DNA of 64,000 nt from an uncultured Actinomycetes bacterium (lineage in GTDB: Bacteria; Actinomycetota; Actinomycetes; Streptosporangiales; Streptosporangiaceae). Below, piece by piece: positions 63,635 to 64,000 of this stretch. Positions within the stretch are counted from its first letter, which is position 1, and every line of letters begins with the position of its first letter. Under the pieces are notes generated by a model that saw only the letters and a program-made list of their open reading frames with translations, was not told the origin of the DNA and did no database searches. The stretch lies in contig CAVPBZ010000018.1 in the NCBI GenBank assembly GCA_963702235.1, positions 1,198,466-1,262,465 of the forward strand. The letters are read 5' to 3'. Both the position numbers and the translations under genes were made by a program.

Positions 63635-64000
63635 TTAGGCGATGCCGCCGTTGGCGTAAATGACCTGACCGTTGATCCAGCGAGCCGGCCGGCCAGGTAG
63701 GCGACGACCTCGGCGATGTCTTCGGGCTCGCCAAGCCGTTTCATCGGCGACATATCGGCCATGTGATCAATGGCCTCTTGCGGCTTGCCCTCGAGGAACA
63801 ACGGGGTCGCCACGGGTCCGGGCGCCACCGTGTTGACCGTGATGTCCTTGCCGGCGAGCTCCTTGGCGAGGATCGGGGTCAGCGCCTCCATGGCGGCCTT
63901 GGTCCCGGCGTACGCCGAGTAGCTGGGCTGGGACAGCCGGGTCACTGACGACGAGAAGTTCACGATGGCGCCGCCCGACCGCACCCGGCGAGCAGCCTGC
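63635..64000 (-). pseudogene. SDR-family oxidoreductase (N-terminus beyond window), frameshift near the 3' end
   Basis: GGAIVNFSSS...YSAYAGTKAAMEAL...NTVAPGP. The expected tail GPARWINGQVIYANGGIA* is in the adjacent frame. One base seems to be missing in ggccggccgg near 63686-63694. Confidence 0.7.

Overview
Very GC-rich, actinomycete-type chromosomal DNA (third codon positions are mostly G/C; many long antisense ORFs in the track are composition artefacts). I can support about 55 protein-coding genes. There are no rRNA genes, no intact tRNA and no CRISPR array.

Gene content, left to right:
- 1-10.4 kb: aminotransferase and LysR regulator; MBL-fold hydrolase; lipoprotein with two ABC ATPases and a fused double-FtsX permease; TetR / dehydrogenase / aldo-keto reductase operon.
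- 10.7-14.1 kb: a 3.27 kb segment bounded by 108-bp direct repeats that duplicate the 3' end of a RidA gene. It carries a decayed ORF and a secreted protein with 14 YVTN-type beta-propeller repeats.
- 14.0-25.4 kb: RidA and a CGNR zinc-finger protein, then a heme/redox neighbourhood. This holds a triple-GAF HisKA_3 kinase plus an HD protein, divergent from an operon of small ORF, hemC, two small ORFs and a NarL-type regulator. MIP channel, catalase and hemA follow.
- 25.5-29.8 kb: ParB-like protein, Ser/Gly-rich lipoprotein, SGNH hydrolase, and an OmpR-type two-component pair.
- 29.9-34.4 kb: a tight five-gene operon centred on a phosphosulfolactate synthase (ComA) homologue. This is my best candidate for an undescribed pathway.
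- 34.6-38.9 kb: a secreted protein, a membrane protein and a second HisKA_3/NarL pair.
- 39-62 kb: a patchy accessory stretch. It holds a tRNA 3'-half next to a broken AICE-type HTH gene, a GNAT, a glycine-rich/Ig-domain secreted protein, an orphan FtsX permease, a broken cyclase-STAND-TPR regulator, an SDR and a low-GC islet encoding a 4-TM protein. DUF429, VOC and SRPBCC genes, a SNF2 helicase, a DUF1905 gene, a 448-aa unknown protein, lysA, an integrase C-terminal stub and a DinB gene complete it.
- 62.7-64.0 kb: two SDR genes.

Caveat: at least eight otherwise well-conserved genes carry single frameshifts. Several fall in short C/G runs, so sequencing or assembly indels are as likely as true pseudogenes.
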